A stretch of 64,000 nt of DNA, taken from assembly GCF_030144855.1 (NCBI RefSeq), contig NC_082712.1:12834001-12898000 (forward strand), written 5' to 3'. The notes beneath the pieces are model-generated. The model saw only the letters and a list, made by a program, of their open reading frames with translations. It did no database searches and was not told the DNA's origin. Of the stretch, positions 37,090 to 49,300 are shown in pieces. The position numbers and the translations under genes were made by a program. The DNA comes from Hypanus sabinus. Taxonomy: Eukaryota. Position 1 is the stretch's first letter. Each line of letters begins with the position of its first letter.

Positions 37090-38700
37090 CCCCCTCCCAC
37101 CACTGAATCCCCTCTCACATCCCACAGACACTCTCCCCCCACCCACTCAATCCCCTCCCACGTCCCACAGACACTCCCCCCACCCACTCAATCCCCTCCC
37201 ACATCCCACAGACACTCTCTCCCTACCCACTGAATCTCCTCCCACATCCCACAGACACTCTCCCCCCACCCACTGAATCCCCTCCTACATCCCACAGACA
37301 CTCTCCCTCCACCCACTCAATCCCCTCCCACAGACACTCCCCCCACCCACTGAATCCCCTCCCACATCCCACACACTCCCCCCACCCACTGAATCCCCTC
37401 CCACATCCCACAGACACTCTCTCCCTACCCACTGAATCCTCTCCCACATCCCACAGACACTCTGTCCCCATCACCCACTGAATCCCCTCCCCCAGCCCAC
37501 CGACTCTCCCCCATCACCCACTGAATCCCCTCCCCCAGCCCACCGACTCTCCCCCATCACCCACTGAATCCCCTCCCACAGTCCACCAACTCTCCCCCAT
37601 CACCCACTGAATCCCCTCCCACAGTCCACCAACTCTCCCCCCATCACCCACTGAATCCCCTCCCTCAGTCCACCGACTCTCCCCATCACCCACTGAATCC
37701 CCTCCCACAGCCCACCAACTCTCCCCCATCACCCACTGAATCCCCTCCCACAGCCCACCAACTCTCCCCCCATCACCCACTGAATCCCCTCCCTCAGTCC
37801 ACCAACTATCCCCCATCACCCACGGAATCCCCTCCCACAGCCCACCGACTCTCCCCCATCACCCACTGAATCCCCTCCCCCAGCCCACCGACTCTCCCCC
37901 ATCACCCACTGAATCCCCTCCCCCAGCCCACCGACTCTCCCCCATCACCCACTGAATCCCCTCCCCCAGCCCACCGACTCTCCCCCATCACCCACTGAAT
38001 CCCCTCCCACAGCTCACTGACTCTCCCCCATCACCCATTGAATCTCCTCCCACATCCGACAGACACTCTCCCCCCACCCACTCAATCCCCTCCCACAGCT
38101 CACAGACACTCTCCCCCACACCCACTGAGTCCCCTCCCACAGCCCACGGACACTCTCCCCCCAACACCCACTGAATCCCCTCCCACAGCCCACGGACACT
38201 CTCGCCCTGCACCACTGAGTCCCCTCCCACAGCCCACGGACACTCTCCCCCACACCCACTGAGTCCCCTCCCACAGCCCACGGACACTCTCCCCCCCGCA
38301 CACACTGAGTCCCCTCCCACAACCCACGGACACTCTCCCCCCAACACCCACTGAATCCCCTCCCACAGCCCACGGACACTCTCGCCCTGCACCACTGAGT
38401 CCCCTCCCACAACCCACGGACACTCTCCCCCCAACACCCACTGAATCCCCTCCCACAGCCCACGGACACTCTCGCCCTGCACCACTGAGTCCCCTCCCAC
38501 AACCCACGGACACTCTCCCCCCAACACCCACTCCCACAACCCACAGACACTCTCTCACCCCCACCCACTGAGTCCCCTCCCAGAACCCACGGACACTCTG
38601 CCCCATCACCGACTCCCCCACCCACTGAATCCCCTCCCAAGTTACACAGACACTCTCCCCTCACCCACTCCCCCAGCCCACCGACTCTCCCCACATCATC
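37090..38700. repeat. C-rich (+)/G-rich (-) ~41-bp satellite, left block
   Basis: Unit cacccactgaatcccctcccacagcccaccgactctccccat plus cagacac and cggacac variants. Confidence 0.95.
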
Positions 38701-38707
38701 CCGCCGA

Positions 38708-40890
38708 TCATGGATAAAGATAGATCTGGTCCTCGGGTTGAAGTTCTAAACTGGAAAAAGGCCAAATTTGAAGAAATAAGAAAGGATCTAAAACGTGTAG
38801 ATTGGGACAGGTTGTTCTCTGGCAAGGATGTGATTGGTAAGTGGGAGGCCTTCAAAGGAGAAATTTTGAGAGTGCAGAGTCTGTATGTTCCTGTCAGGGT
38901 TAAAGGCAAAATGAATAAGAATAAGGAACCTTGGTTCTGGAGGGATATTGGAACTCTGATAAAGAAGGAGAGATGTATAACATGTCTAGACAACAGGGAG
39001 CAAATAAGATGCTTGAGGAGTATAAAAAGAGTGAAAAAATACTTAAGAAAGAAATCAGGAGGGCTAAAAGAAGACATGAGGTTGCTTTGGCAGTCAGGGT
39101 GAAGGATAAGAGCTTCTACAGGTATGTGAAGAGCAAAAGGATAGTAAGGGATAAAATTGGTCCTCTTGAAGATCAGAGTGATCAGCTATGCATGGAACCA
39201 AAAGAAATGGGAGAGATATTAAATGGTTTTTTTTTTGCATCTGTATTTACTAAGGAAACTTGAATGGAGTCTATGGAAACAAGGCAAACAAGTGGGAAGT
39301 CATGGAACATACAGATTAAAGAGGAGGAGGTGCTTGATGTCTTGAGGCAAATCAGAGTAGATAAATCCCCAGGACCTGACAAGGTATTCCCTCGGACCTT
39401 GAAGGAGACTAGTGTTGAAATTGCAGGGGCCCTGACAGAAATATTTAAAATGTCAATATCCACGGGTCAGGTACCGGACGATTGGAGGATAGCTCATGTA
39501 GTTCCGTTGTTTAAAAAAGGCTCAAAAAGTAAGCTGGGAAATTATAGGCCAGTAAGTTTGACATCAGTAGTAGGTAAATTATTGGAAGGAATGCTAAGAG
39601 ATAGGATCTACAAGTATTTGGATAGACAGGGACTTATTAGAAACAGTCAGCATGGCTTTGTGCATGGTAGATAATGTTTAACCAATCTATTAGAACTTTT
39701 CAAGGAAGTTACCAGGAAAGTGGATGAAGGGAAGGCAGTGGATGTTGTATATATGGACTTCAGTAAGGCCTTTGACAAGGTCCTGCATGGGAGGTGAGTT
39801 AGGAAGATTCAGTCGCTAGGTATACATGGAGAGGTAGTAAATTGGATTAGACATTGGCTCAATGGCAGAAGCCAGAGAGTGGTAGTGGAGGATTGCTACT
39901 CTGAGTGGAGGCCAGTGACTAGTTGTGTGCCACAGCGATCAGTGCTGGGTCCATTGTTATTTGTCATCTATATCAATGATCTGGATGATAATGTGGCAAA
40001 TTGGATCAGCAAATTTGCTGATGATACAAAGATTGGAGGTGTAGTGGACTGTGAGGAAGGTTTTCAAAGCTTGCAGAGGGATTTGGACCAGTGGAGGAAT
40101 GGGCTGAAAAATGGCAGATGGAGTTTAATGCGGACAAGTGTGAGGTATTGCACTTCGGAAGGTCAAATGAAGGTAGAACATACAAGATAAACGGCAGGAC
40201 ACTGAGCAGTGCAGCAGAACAGAGGGATCTGGGAGTACAGGTCCCTAAAAGTGGCGTCACAGGTACATTGGCCTTTATAAATCAAAGTATTGAGTATAAG
40301 AGTTGGAATGTAATGGTGAGGTTGTATAAGACATTGGTGAGACCAAGTTTGGAATATTGTGTGCAGTTTTGGTCACCTAATTACAGGAAGGATAATAAAA
40401 ACGTTGAAAGAGTGCAGAGAAGGTTTACAAGAATGTTGCCGGGACTTTAGAAACTGAGTTGCAGAGAAAGGTTGAATTGGTTAGGACTTTATTCCCTGGA
40501 GTGTAGGAGAATGAGGGGTGATTTGATAGAGGTGTATAAAATTATGATGGGTATAGATAGAGTGAATGCAAGCAGGCTTTTTCCACTGAGGCCAGGAGAG
40601 AAAAAAAGAGGTCATGGGTTAAGGGTGAAGGGGGAAAAGTTTAAAGGAAACATTGGGGGGGGCTTCTTCATGCAGAGAGTGGTAGGAGTGTGGAATGAGC
40701 TGCCAGATGAAGTGGTGAATGCAGGCTCACTTTTAAAATTTAAGAAAAACTTGAACAGGTATATGGATGAGAGGGGTTTGGAGGGATATGGGCCAGGTGC
40801 AGGTCAGTGGGACTAGGCAGAAAAATGGTTCGGCACAGCCAAGAAGGGCGATAAGGCCTGTTTCTGTGCTGTAATGTTCTATGGTTCTAA
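38708..40890 (+). mobile_element. CR1 LINE 5'-truncated, inserted in the satellite
   Basis: KSPGPDKVFP, GNYRPVSLTSVVGK, KFADDTKIGG, LEYCVQFWSP, tail ttctatggttctaa. Confidence 0.92.
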
Positions 40891-40894
40891 TCAC

Positions 40895-43800
40895 GCTCCC
40901 ACAGTCCACCGACTCTCCCCCCATCACCCACTGAATCCCCTCCCACAGCCCACCGACTCTCCCCCCCCACCCACTGAATCCCCTCCCACAGTCCACCGAC
41001 TCTCCCCCATCACCCACTGAATCCCCTCCCACAGCTCACTGACTCTCCCCCCATCACCCACTGAATCCCCTCCTACAGCCCACCGACTCTCCCCCATCAC
41101 CCACTGAAACCCCTCCCACAGTCCACCGACTCTCCCCCATCACCCACTGAATCCCCTCCCACAGTCCACCAACTCTCCCCCATCACCCACTGAATCCCCT
41201 CCCACAGCTCACCGACTCTCCCCCCATCACCCACTGAATCCTCTCCCAAAGTCCACCAACTCTCCCCATCACCCACTGAATCCCCTCACACAGTCCACCA
41301 ACTCTCCCCCATCACCCACTGAATCCCCTCCCACAGCCCACTGACTCTCCCCCCATCACCCACTGAATCCACTCCCACAGCCCACCGACTCTCCCCCATC
41401 ACCCACTGAATCCCCTCCCTCAGTTCACCAACTCTCCCCATCACCCACTGAATCCCCTCCCACACTCTACCGACTCTCCCCCATCACCCACTGAATCCCC
41501 TCCTACAGCCCACTGTGTCTCCCCCCATCACCCACTGAATCCCCTCCCACAACCCACCAACTCTCCTCCATCACCCACTGAATCCCCTCCCACAGCCCAC
41601 CAACTCCCCCCATCACCCACTGAATCCCCTCCCACAGCCCACCGACTCTCCCCCCATCACCACTGAATCCCCACCCATAGCCCACTGACTCTCCCCCCAT
41701 CACCCACCGAATCCCCTCCAACAGCCCACTGACTCTCCCCATCACCCATTGAATCCCCTCCCTCAGCCCACCAACTCTCCCCATCACCCACTGAATCCCC
41801 TCCCACTGACCACCGACTCTCCCCCATCACCCACTGAATCCCCTCCCTCAGTCCATCAACTCTCCCCTATCACCCACCGAATCCCCTCCCACAGCCCACT
41901 GTCTCCCCCCATCACCCACTGAATCCCCTCCCACAGCCCAATGACTTTCCCCCCATCACACACTGAATCCCCTCCCCCAGCCCACCAACTCTCCCCATCA
42001 CCCACTGAATCCCCTCCCCCAGTCCACCAACTCTCCCCCCATCACCCACTGAATCCCCTCCCCAGTCCACTGACTCTCCCCCATCACCCACTGAATCCCC
42101 TCCCACAGCCCACCGACTCTCCCCCCATCACCCACTGAATCCCCTCCCTCAGTTCACCAACTCTCCCCATCACCCACTGAATCCCCTCCCACACTCTACC
42201 GACTCTCCCCCCATCACCCACTGAATCTCCTCCCACACTCTACCGACTCTCCCCCCATCACCCACTGAATCCCCTCCCACAGCCCACCGACTCTCTCCCC
42301 ATCACCCACTGAATCCCCTCCCACAGCCCACTGACTCTCCCCATCACCCACTGAATCCCCTCCCACAGTCCACCAACTCTCCCCCCATCACCCACTGAAT
42401 CCCCTCCCACAGCCCACCAACTCTCCCCATCACCCACTGAATCCCCTCCCACAGTCCAGAAACTCTCCCCCATCACCCACTGAATCCCCTCCCACAGCCC
42501 ACCGACTCTCCCCCCATCACCCACTGAATCCCCTCCCACAGTCCACCAACTCTCCCCATCACCCACTGAATCCCCTCCCACAGTCCAGAAACTCTCCCCA
42601 TCACCCACTGAATCCCCTCCCACAACCCACCAACTCTCCTCCATCACCCACTGACTCTCTCTCCCCCATCACCCACTGAATCTCCGCCCCAGCACACCAA
42701 TTCTCCCCCCATCACTCACTGAATCCCCTCCCACAGCCCACTGTGTCTCTCCCCATCACCCACTGAATCCCCTCCCACAGCCCACTGACTCTCCCCATCA
42801 CCCACTGAATCCCCTCCCTCAGCCCACTGACTCTCCCCCCATCACCCACTGAATCCCCTCCCACAGCCCACTGACTCTCCCCCCATCACCCACCGAATCC
42901 CCTCCCACAGCCCACCAACTCTCCCCATCACCCACTATCCCCACCCACAGCCCACTGTCTCCCCACAACACCCACTGAATCCCCTCCCACAGCCCACCGA
43001 CTCTCCCCCCCGCACCCTCTGAATCCCCTCCCACACTCTACCGACTCTCCCCCCATCACCCACTGAATCCCCTCCCTCAGCCCACCGACTCTCTCCCCAT
43101 CACCCACTGAATCCCCTCCCACAGCCCACTGACTCTCCCCATCACCCACTGAATCCCCTCCCACAGCCCACTGTCTCTCCCCATCACCCACTGAATCCCC
43201 TCCCACAGCCCACTGACTCTCCCCCATCACCCACTGAATCCCCTCCCACAGTCCACCGACTCTCCCCATCACCCACTGAATCCCCTCCCACAGCCCACCG
43301 ACTCTCCCCCATCACCCACTGAATCCCCTCCCACAGCCCAATGACTCTCCCCCCATCAGCCACTGAATCCCCTCCCACAGTCAACCGACTCTCCCCCATC
43401 ACCCACTGAATCCCCTCCCACAGCCCACTGACTCTCCCCCCATCACCCACTGAATCCCCTCCCACAGCCCACTGACTCTCCCCCCATCACCCACCGAATC
43501 CCCTCCCACAGTCCACCAACTCACCCCCATCACCCACCGAATCCCCTCCCACAGTCCACCAACTCTCCCCCCATCACCCACTGAATCCCCTCCCACAGCC
43601 CACCAACTCTCCCATCACCCACTGAATCCCCTCCCACAGCCCACTGACTCTCCCCTATCACCCACTGAAACCCCTCCCCCAGCCCACCGACTCTCCCCTA
43701 TCACCCACTGAAACCCCTCCCCCAGCCCACCGACTCTCCCCCATCACCCACTGAATCCCCTCCCACAGCCCACCGACTCTCCCCTATCACCCACTGAAAC

Positions 43801-45535
43801 CCCTCCCCCAGCCCACCGACTCCCCCCATCACCCACTGAATCCCCTCCCACACTCTACCGACTCTCCCCCCATCACCCACTGAATCCCCTCCCACAGCCC
43901 ACTGACTCTCCCCCATCACCCACTGAATCCCCTCCCACAGCCCAGCAACTCTCCCCATCACCCACTGAATCCCCTCCCACAGTCCACTGGTCTCCCCCAT
44001 CACCCACTGAATCCCCTCTCACAGTCCACCAACTCTCCCCCATCACCCACTGAATACCCTCCCACAGCCCACCGACTCTCCCCATCACCCACTGAATCCC
44101 CTCTCACAGTCCACCAACTCTCCCCCATCACCCACTGAATCCCCTCCCACAGCCCACCGACTCTCCCCATCACCCACTGAATCCCCTCCCACAGCCCACC
44201 GACTCTCCCCATCACCCACTGAATCCCCTCTCACAGTCCACCAACTCTCCCCCATCACCCACTGAATCCCCTCCCACAGCCCACTGACTCTCCCCCATCA
44301 CCCACTGAATCACCTCCCACAGTCCACCAACTCTCCCCCCATCACCCACTGAATCCCCTCCCACAGCTCACTGACTCTCCCCATCTCCCACTGAATCCCC
44401 TCCCACAGCCCACCAACTCTCCCCCCATCACCCACTGAATCCCCTCCCACAGTCCACTGACTCTCCCCCATCACCCACTGAATCCCCTCCCACAGCCCAC
44501 CAACTCTCCCCATCATCCACTGACTCTCTCCCCCATCACCCACTGAATCCCTGCCCCAGCCCACCAATTCTCCCCCCATCACTCACTGAATCCCCTCCAA
44601 CAGCCCACTGTGTCTCTCCCCATCACCCACTGAATCCCCTGCCACAGCCCACTGACTCTCCCCATCACCCATTGAATCCCCTCCCTCAGCCCACCAACTC
44701 TCCCCTTCACCCACTGAATCCCCTCCCACTGCCCACTAACTCTCCCCCATCACCCACTGAATCCCCTGCCACAGCCCACTGACTCTCCCCATCACCCATT
44801 GAATCCCCTCCCTCAGCCCACCAACTCTCCCCATCACCCACTGAATCCCCTCCCATAGCCCACCGACTCTCCCCCATCACCCACTGAATCCCCTCCCTCA
44901 GTCCACCAACTCTCCCCTATCACCCACCGAATCCCCTCCCACAGCCCACTGTCTCCCCCCATCACCCACTGAATCCCCTCCCACAGCCCAATGACTTTCC
45001 CCCCATCACCCACTGAATCCCCTCCCCCAGCCCACCAACTCTCCCCATCACCCACTGAATCCCCTCCCCCAGTCCACCAACTCTCCCCCCATCACCCACT
45101 GAATCCCCTCCCCCAGTCCACCGACTCTCCCCCATCACCCACTGAATCCCCTCCCCCAGTCCACCGACTCTCCCCCCATCACCCACTGAATCCCCTCCCC
45201 CAGTCCACCGACTCTCCCCCCCATCACCCACTGAATCCCCTCCCACAGCCCACCGACTCTCCCCCCATCACCCACTGAATCCCCTCCCCCAGTCCACCAA
45301 CTCTCCCCCCATCACCCACTGAATCCCCTCCCCCAGTCCACCGACTCTCCCCATCACCCACTGAATCCCCTCCCCCAGTCCACCAACTCTCCCCCCATCA
45401 CCCACTGAATCCCCTCCCCCAGTCCACCAACTCTCCCCATCACCCACTGAATCCCCTCCCACAGTCCACCGACTCTCCCCATCACCCACTGAATCCCCTC
45501 CCACAGTCCACCGACTCTCCCCCCATCAGCCACTC
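40895..45535. repeat. C-rich (+)/G-rich (-) ~41-bp satellite, right block (>100 units)
   Basis: Same unit as 37090..38700, 40-43 bp period. Confidence 0.95.
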
Positions 45536-45588
45536 TCCTTCATGGAGAGGAACAGTCATCTTCACTTGCCAGCCAGTTCTCCGCTCAC

Positions 45589-45678
45589 CTTTCTTCTTCC
45601 AGGAGACTGCCAGGAGGACACAGACTAGGAGCAGGAGAACCAGAACGACCAGCACATAAATGAGAGGGTTTGAGTTGG
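45589..45678 (-). CDS. Receptor transmembrane exon (90 bp): (A)NSNPLIYVLVVLVLLLLVCVLLAVSWKKK
   Basis: Acceptor gctctctgtctcacag|, donor AAG|gtgagc, phase 1-1; ~21 hydrophobic residues with no charged residue, then WKKK stop-transfer. Confidence 0.85.
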
Positions 45679-46314
45679 CTGTGAGACAGAGAGCAGCTTT
45701 AACACCAGACCTCAGTACAGTGCTTCCATTTTCACTGTGCCTTAGCAGCTTTCTCCCGATCGATACCTGAGTTGTGGAGACACACTGTCCAGCCCAACAG
45801 ACCCTTCGGCCCGATGGTCCATACTGACCAAGGTCATCATCCAAGGTCCCATTTGCAAGCGTTTGGCCCATAACCTTCCAAATCATTCCTATTTCATACT
45901 ATTTATTCATTTAATTTTGTATCTTGTGGTAATTTTTATTTCCTACACTCCACGGCTGCCACAAAATGACAGATTTCACAAAATAGCTGTGTTATAATTA
46001 ACTTGATTGTGATTGTATCGATGACCCGTCCCACTGTCTTTTAAAATGGGTGGCATTCATCATTACAGATTACGGATTCATCATTACGGGTTCATCATTA
46101 CGGATGCACTCCACCCAGGACATGTCCTCTTCTCATTGCTAATATCAGGGAGGAGGTACAGGAGCCTGAAGACTCACACTCAATGTTTCAGGAACAGCTT
46201 CTTCCCTCCACTATCAGATTTATGAACGGTCTGTGAACCCGTGAACACCACATCCATTTTGCTCTCTTTTTACACTACTTATTCATTTTTAGATATTTCT
46301 TATTGTAACTAACT

Positions 46315-49300
46315 TACTGTGAATTCACAGCTGCCTGTGGCAAAGAATTCCACTGATTCACCATTCTCTGGCTAAAGAAATTGCTCCTCATCTCTGTTCT
46401 AAAAGTACGCATCTCGATTCTGAGCTTGTGTCTTCTGGTCTTAGACTCTCCTGCCATCGGAAGCATCCCCTCCACATCCACTCCATCAAGGCCTTTCACC
46501 ATTCAAAAGGTTTCAATAAGGAATCACCTCATTCTTTTGAATTCTAGTGAAAACATCCTTGCTTTTATATTCTCCTCTTGAAATGAATGCTGACATTGCA
46601 TTTGCCTTCCTCACCGCAGACTCAACCTGCAAGTTAGCCTTTAGGGAATCCTGCACAAGCATTTCCAAATCTCTTTCTGCCTCCGTTTTTTTTGTATTTT
46701 CTCTCCATTTAAAAAATAGTCAATCCTTTCATTTCTTTTACCAAAGTGCACGACCATACACTTCCCAACACTATTCCATCTGCTATTTCTTTGCCCATTC
46801 TCCTCATCTGTCTCAGTCCTTCTGTAGCCTCTCTACCTCCTCAAAACTACCTGCCCCTCATAACTTCATATCATCTGCAAACTTTGCAACAAAGCCATCA
46901 ATTTCATTATCCAAGTCATTGACATATAACGTAAAAAGAATCGGTCCCAACACAGACCCCTGTCGAAAACCACTAGTCACTAGCTGCCAGCCAAAAAGGG
47001 TTCCCTTTATTCCCATTCTTTGTCTCCTGCCAGTCAGCCCCTGCTTTATCCAAGCGAGTATCTTTCCTGGAATACCATGGGCTCATCACCTGTAAAGCTG
47101 CCTCATGTGTGGCACCTTGTCAAAGAGCTTCTGGAAATCCAATTCACAACATTCACTAATTCTCCTTTGTCTATCCTGCTTGTGAGTTCTTCAAAGAATT
47201 CCAACAGATTTGTCAGGCAAGATCTTCCCTTAAGGAAACCATGCTGACTACAGCCCATTTTATCATGTGCCTCCAAGTATTAAGGATGTGAGACCACATC
47301 CTTAATAATCAGCTCCAACATCTTCCCAACCACTGAGATCAGACTAACTCACCTATAGTTTCCTTTCTTCTGTCTCTCTCCCTTCTTGAATATTGGAGAG
47401 ACATTTGCAATTTCCCCATCTTCCAGAACCATTCCAGAATCTAGTGAATCTTGAAAGATCATTACTAATCTCAACAGCCACCCCTTTCAGTACCCTGGGA
47501 TGTACAGCATCTGGTCCAGGTGATTTATCTACCTTCAGATTTTTCAGTTTCACAAGAACCTTCTCTCTAGTAATGGTAACTTCACAGACTTCATGACACC
47601 TGACTCCTGGAACTTCCACCATACTGATACCATCTTCTGCAGTGAAGACTAATGCAAAATACTAATTCAATTCATCCGCCATTTCATTGTCCCTCATTAC
47701 CACCTCTTCTGCATCGGTTTCCAGCGGTCCAATATCCACTCTCACCTCTCTTTTACATTTCAAATATCTGAAGAAACTTTTGGTATATACTTTAATATCA
47801 TTGGCTAGCTTACTTTCATATTCATCTTTACCTTCATAATGACTTTTTAGTTGCCTTCTGGTGATTTTTAAAAGCTTCCCAATCCTCTAACTTCCCATGA
47901 ATTATTGCTCTATTATATGCTCCCTCTTTGGCTTTTATGTTCTCTTGTAAGTCACGGTTGTGTCATCTTGCCTGCAGAATACTTCTTCCTCTTTGGGATG
48001 TATATATTTTGTGCCTTCTGACCTGCTTCCAGAAATTCCAGCCATTGCTGTTCTGCCGTCATCCCGGTGAGCGTTCTTTTCCAATCAATTCTGGCCAGCT
48101 CCTCTCTCATGCCTCTGTAATTCGCTTTACTTCACTGAAATACTGATACAGCTGATTTAGTTTCTCAAAATCCAGGTTGAATTTGATCATATTATGACCA
48201 CTTTCCCCTATAAGGGTTCTTTTACCATAAGCTCTCTAATCAATTCTGGTTCATTACACAACACCTAATCCAGAATAGTTGATCCCCCAGTGGGCTCCAC
48301 CACGAGCTGCTCTAAAAATCTATCTCATAGGACTCTAGACTTTCCTCCTATAATCCAGCACCAAGCTGATTTTCCCAACCTACCAGCACATTGAAATTCC
48401 CCGTTATTATTGTCACATGCATTTTCTTTCTCCCGTTGTAATTTGAAGACCACATCTTTACTACTGTTCAGGGGGTCTGTATACAACTCCCATCAGGGTC
48501 TTATGACACTTGCAGTTCCTTAGCTCTTTCCACAATGATGCAACATATACTCGGCTCAGGACACGAGTCACACCATGCTCAACCTATCTTTGTCTGAGGT
48601 TTTACGAACATCTGCCTCCACAACTCCACTAACTGTTCTGGCACTCTGGTTCCCATCCCCTGCAACTCCAGTTTAAACCCACCATGCAGCGTTAACAAAC
48701 CTTCCCACAGGGATATTAATCCCCCTCCAGTTCAAGTGCAAACTGTCCCTTCTGTACAGGCCCACTTTCCCGGAAGAGAGCCCAATGATCCAAAAATCTG
48801 ATGCCCACTCTCCTCCACCAACTCCTTAGCCATGTATTAAACTGTGCAATCTTCCTAGTTCTAGCCTCAGTAGCATGTGGCACAGGTAGCAATCCTGAGA
48901 TCACAACCCTGGAGTTCCTGCCCTTCAACTTAATACCTGACTCCCCATGCAGAACCTCGTCACTCATCCTACCCATGTCATTGGCACCTACATTCTTCAC
49001 GACCTCTGGCAACTCACCCTCCCACTTCAGAATGCTGAGGACTCGATCTGAGATATCCCATACCCTGGCACCCGGGAGGCAATGTACCATCCGGAATAGT
49101 ACAGCACATTACAGGCCCTTCAGCCCACAATGTTGTGCCGACCCTCAAATCCTGCCTCCCATATAACCCTCCACCATAAATTCCTCCATATACCTGTCTA
49201 GTAGTCTCTTAATTTTCACTAGTGTATCTGCCTCCACCACTGACTCAGGCAGTGCATTCCACGCACCAACCACTCTCTGCATGATAAACCTTCCTCTAAT

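Noticed and set aside
37223-45504. Dozens of Gly/Trp/Val-rich ORFs (GGDSVGDGGRVGGLWEGIQWV...)
   Set aside because: Translations of the satellite; the 40-43 bp unit constantly shifts frame.
37090-45535. Immunoglobulin class-switch (S) region
   Set aside because: G-rich and intronic, but AGCT hotspots are rare and there are no Ig constant exons; only the R-loop/G4 potential was kept.
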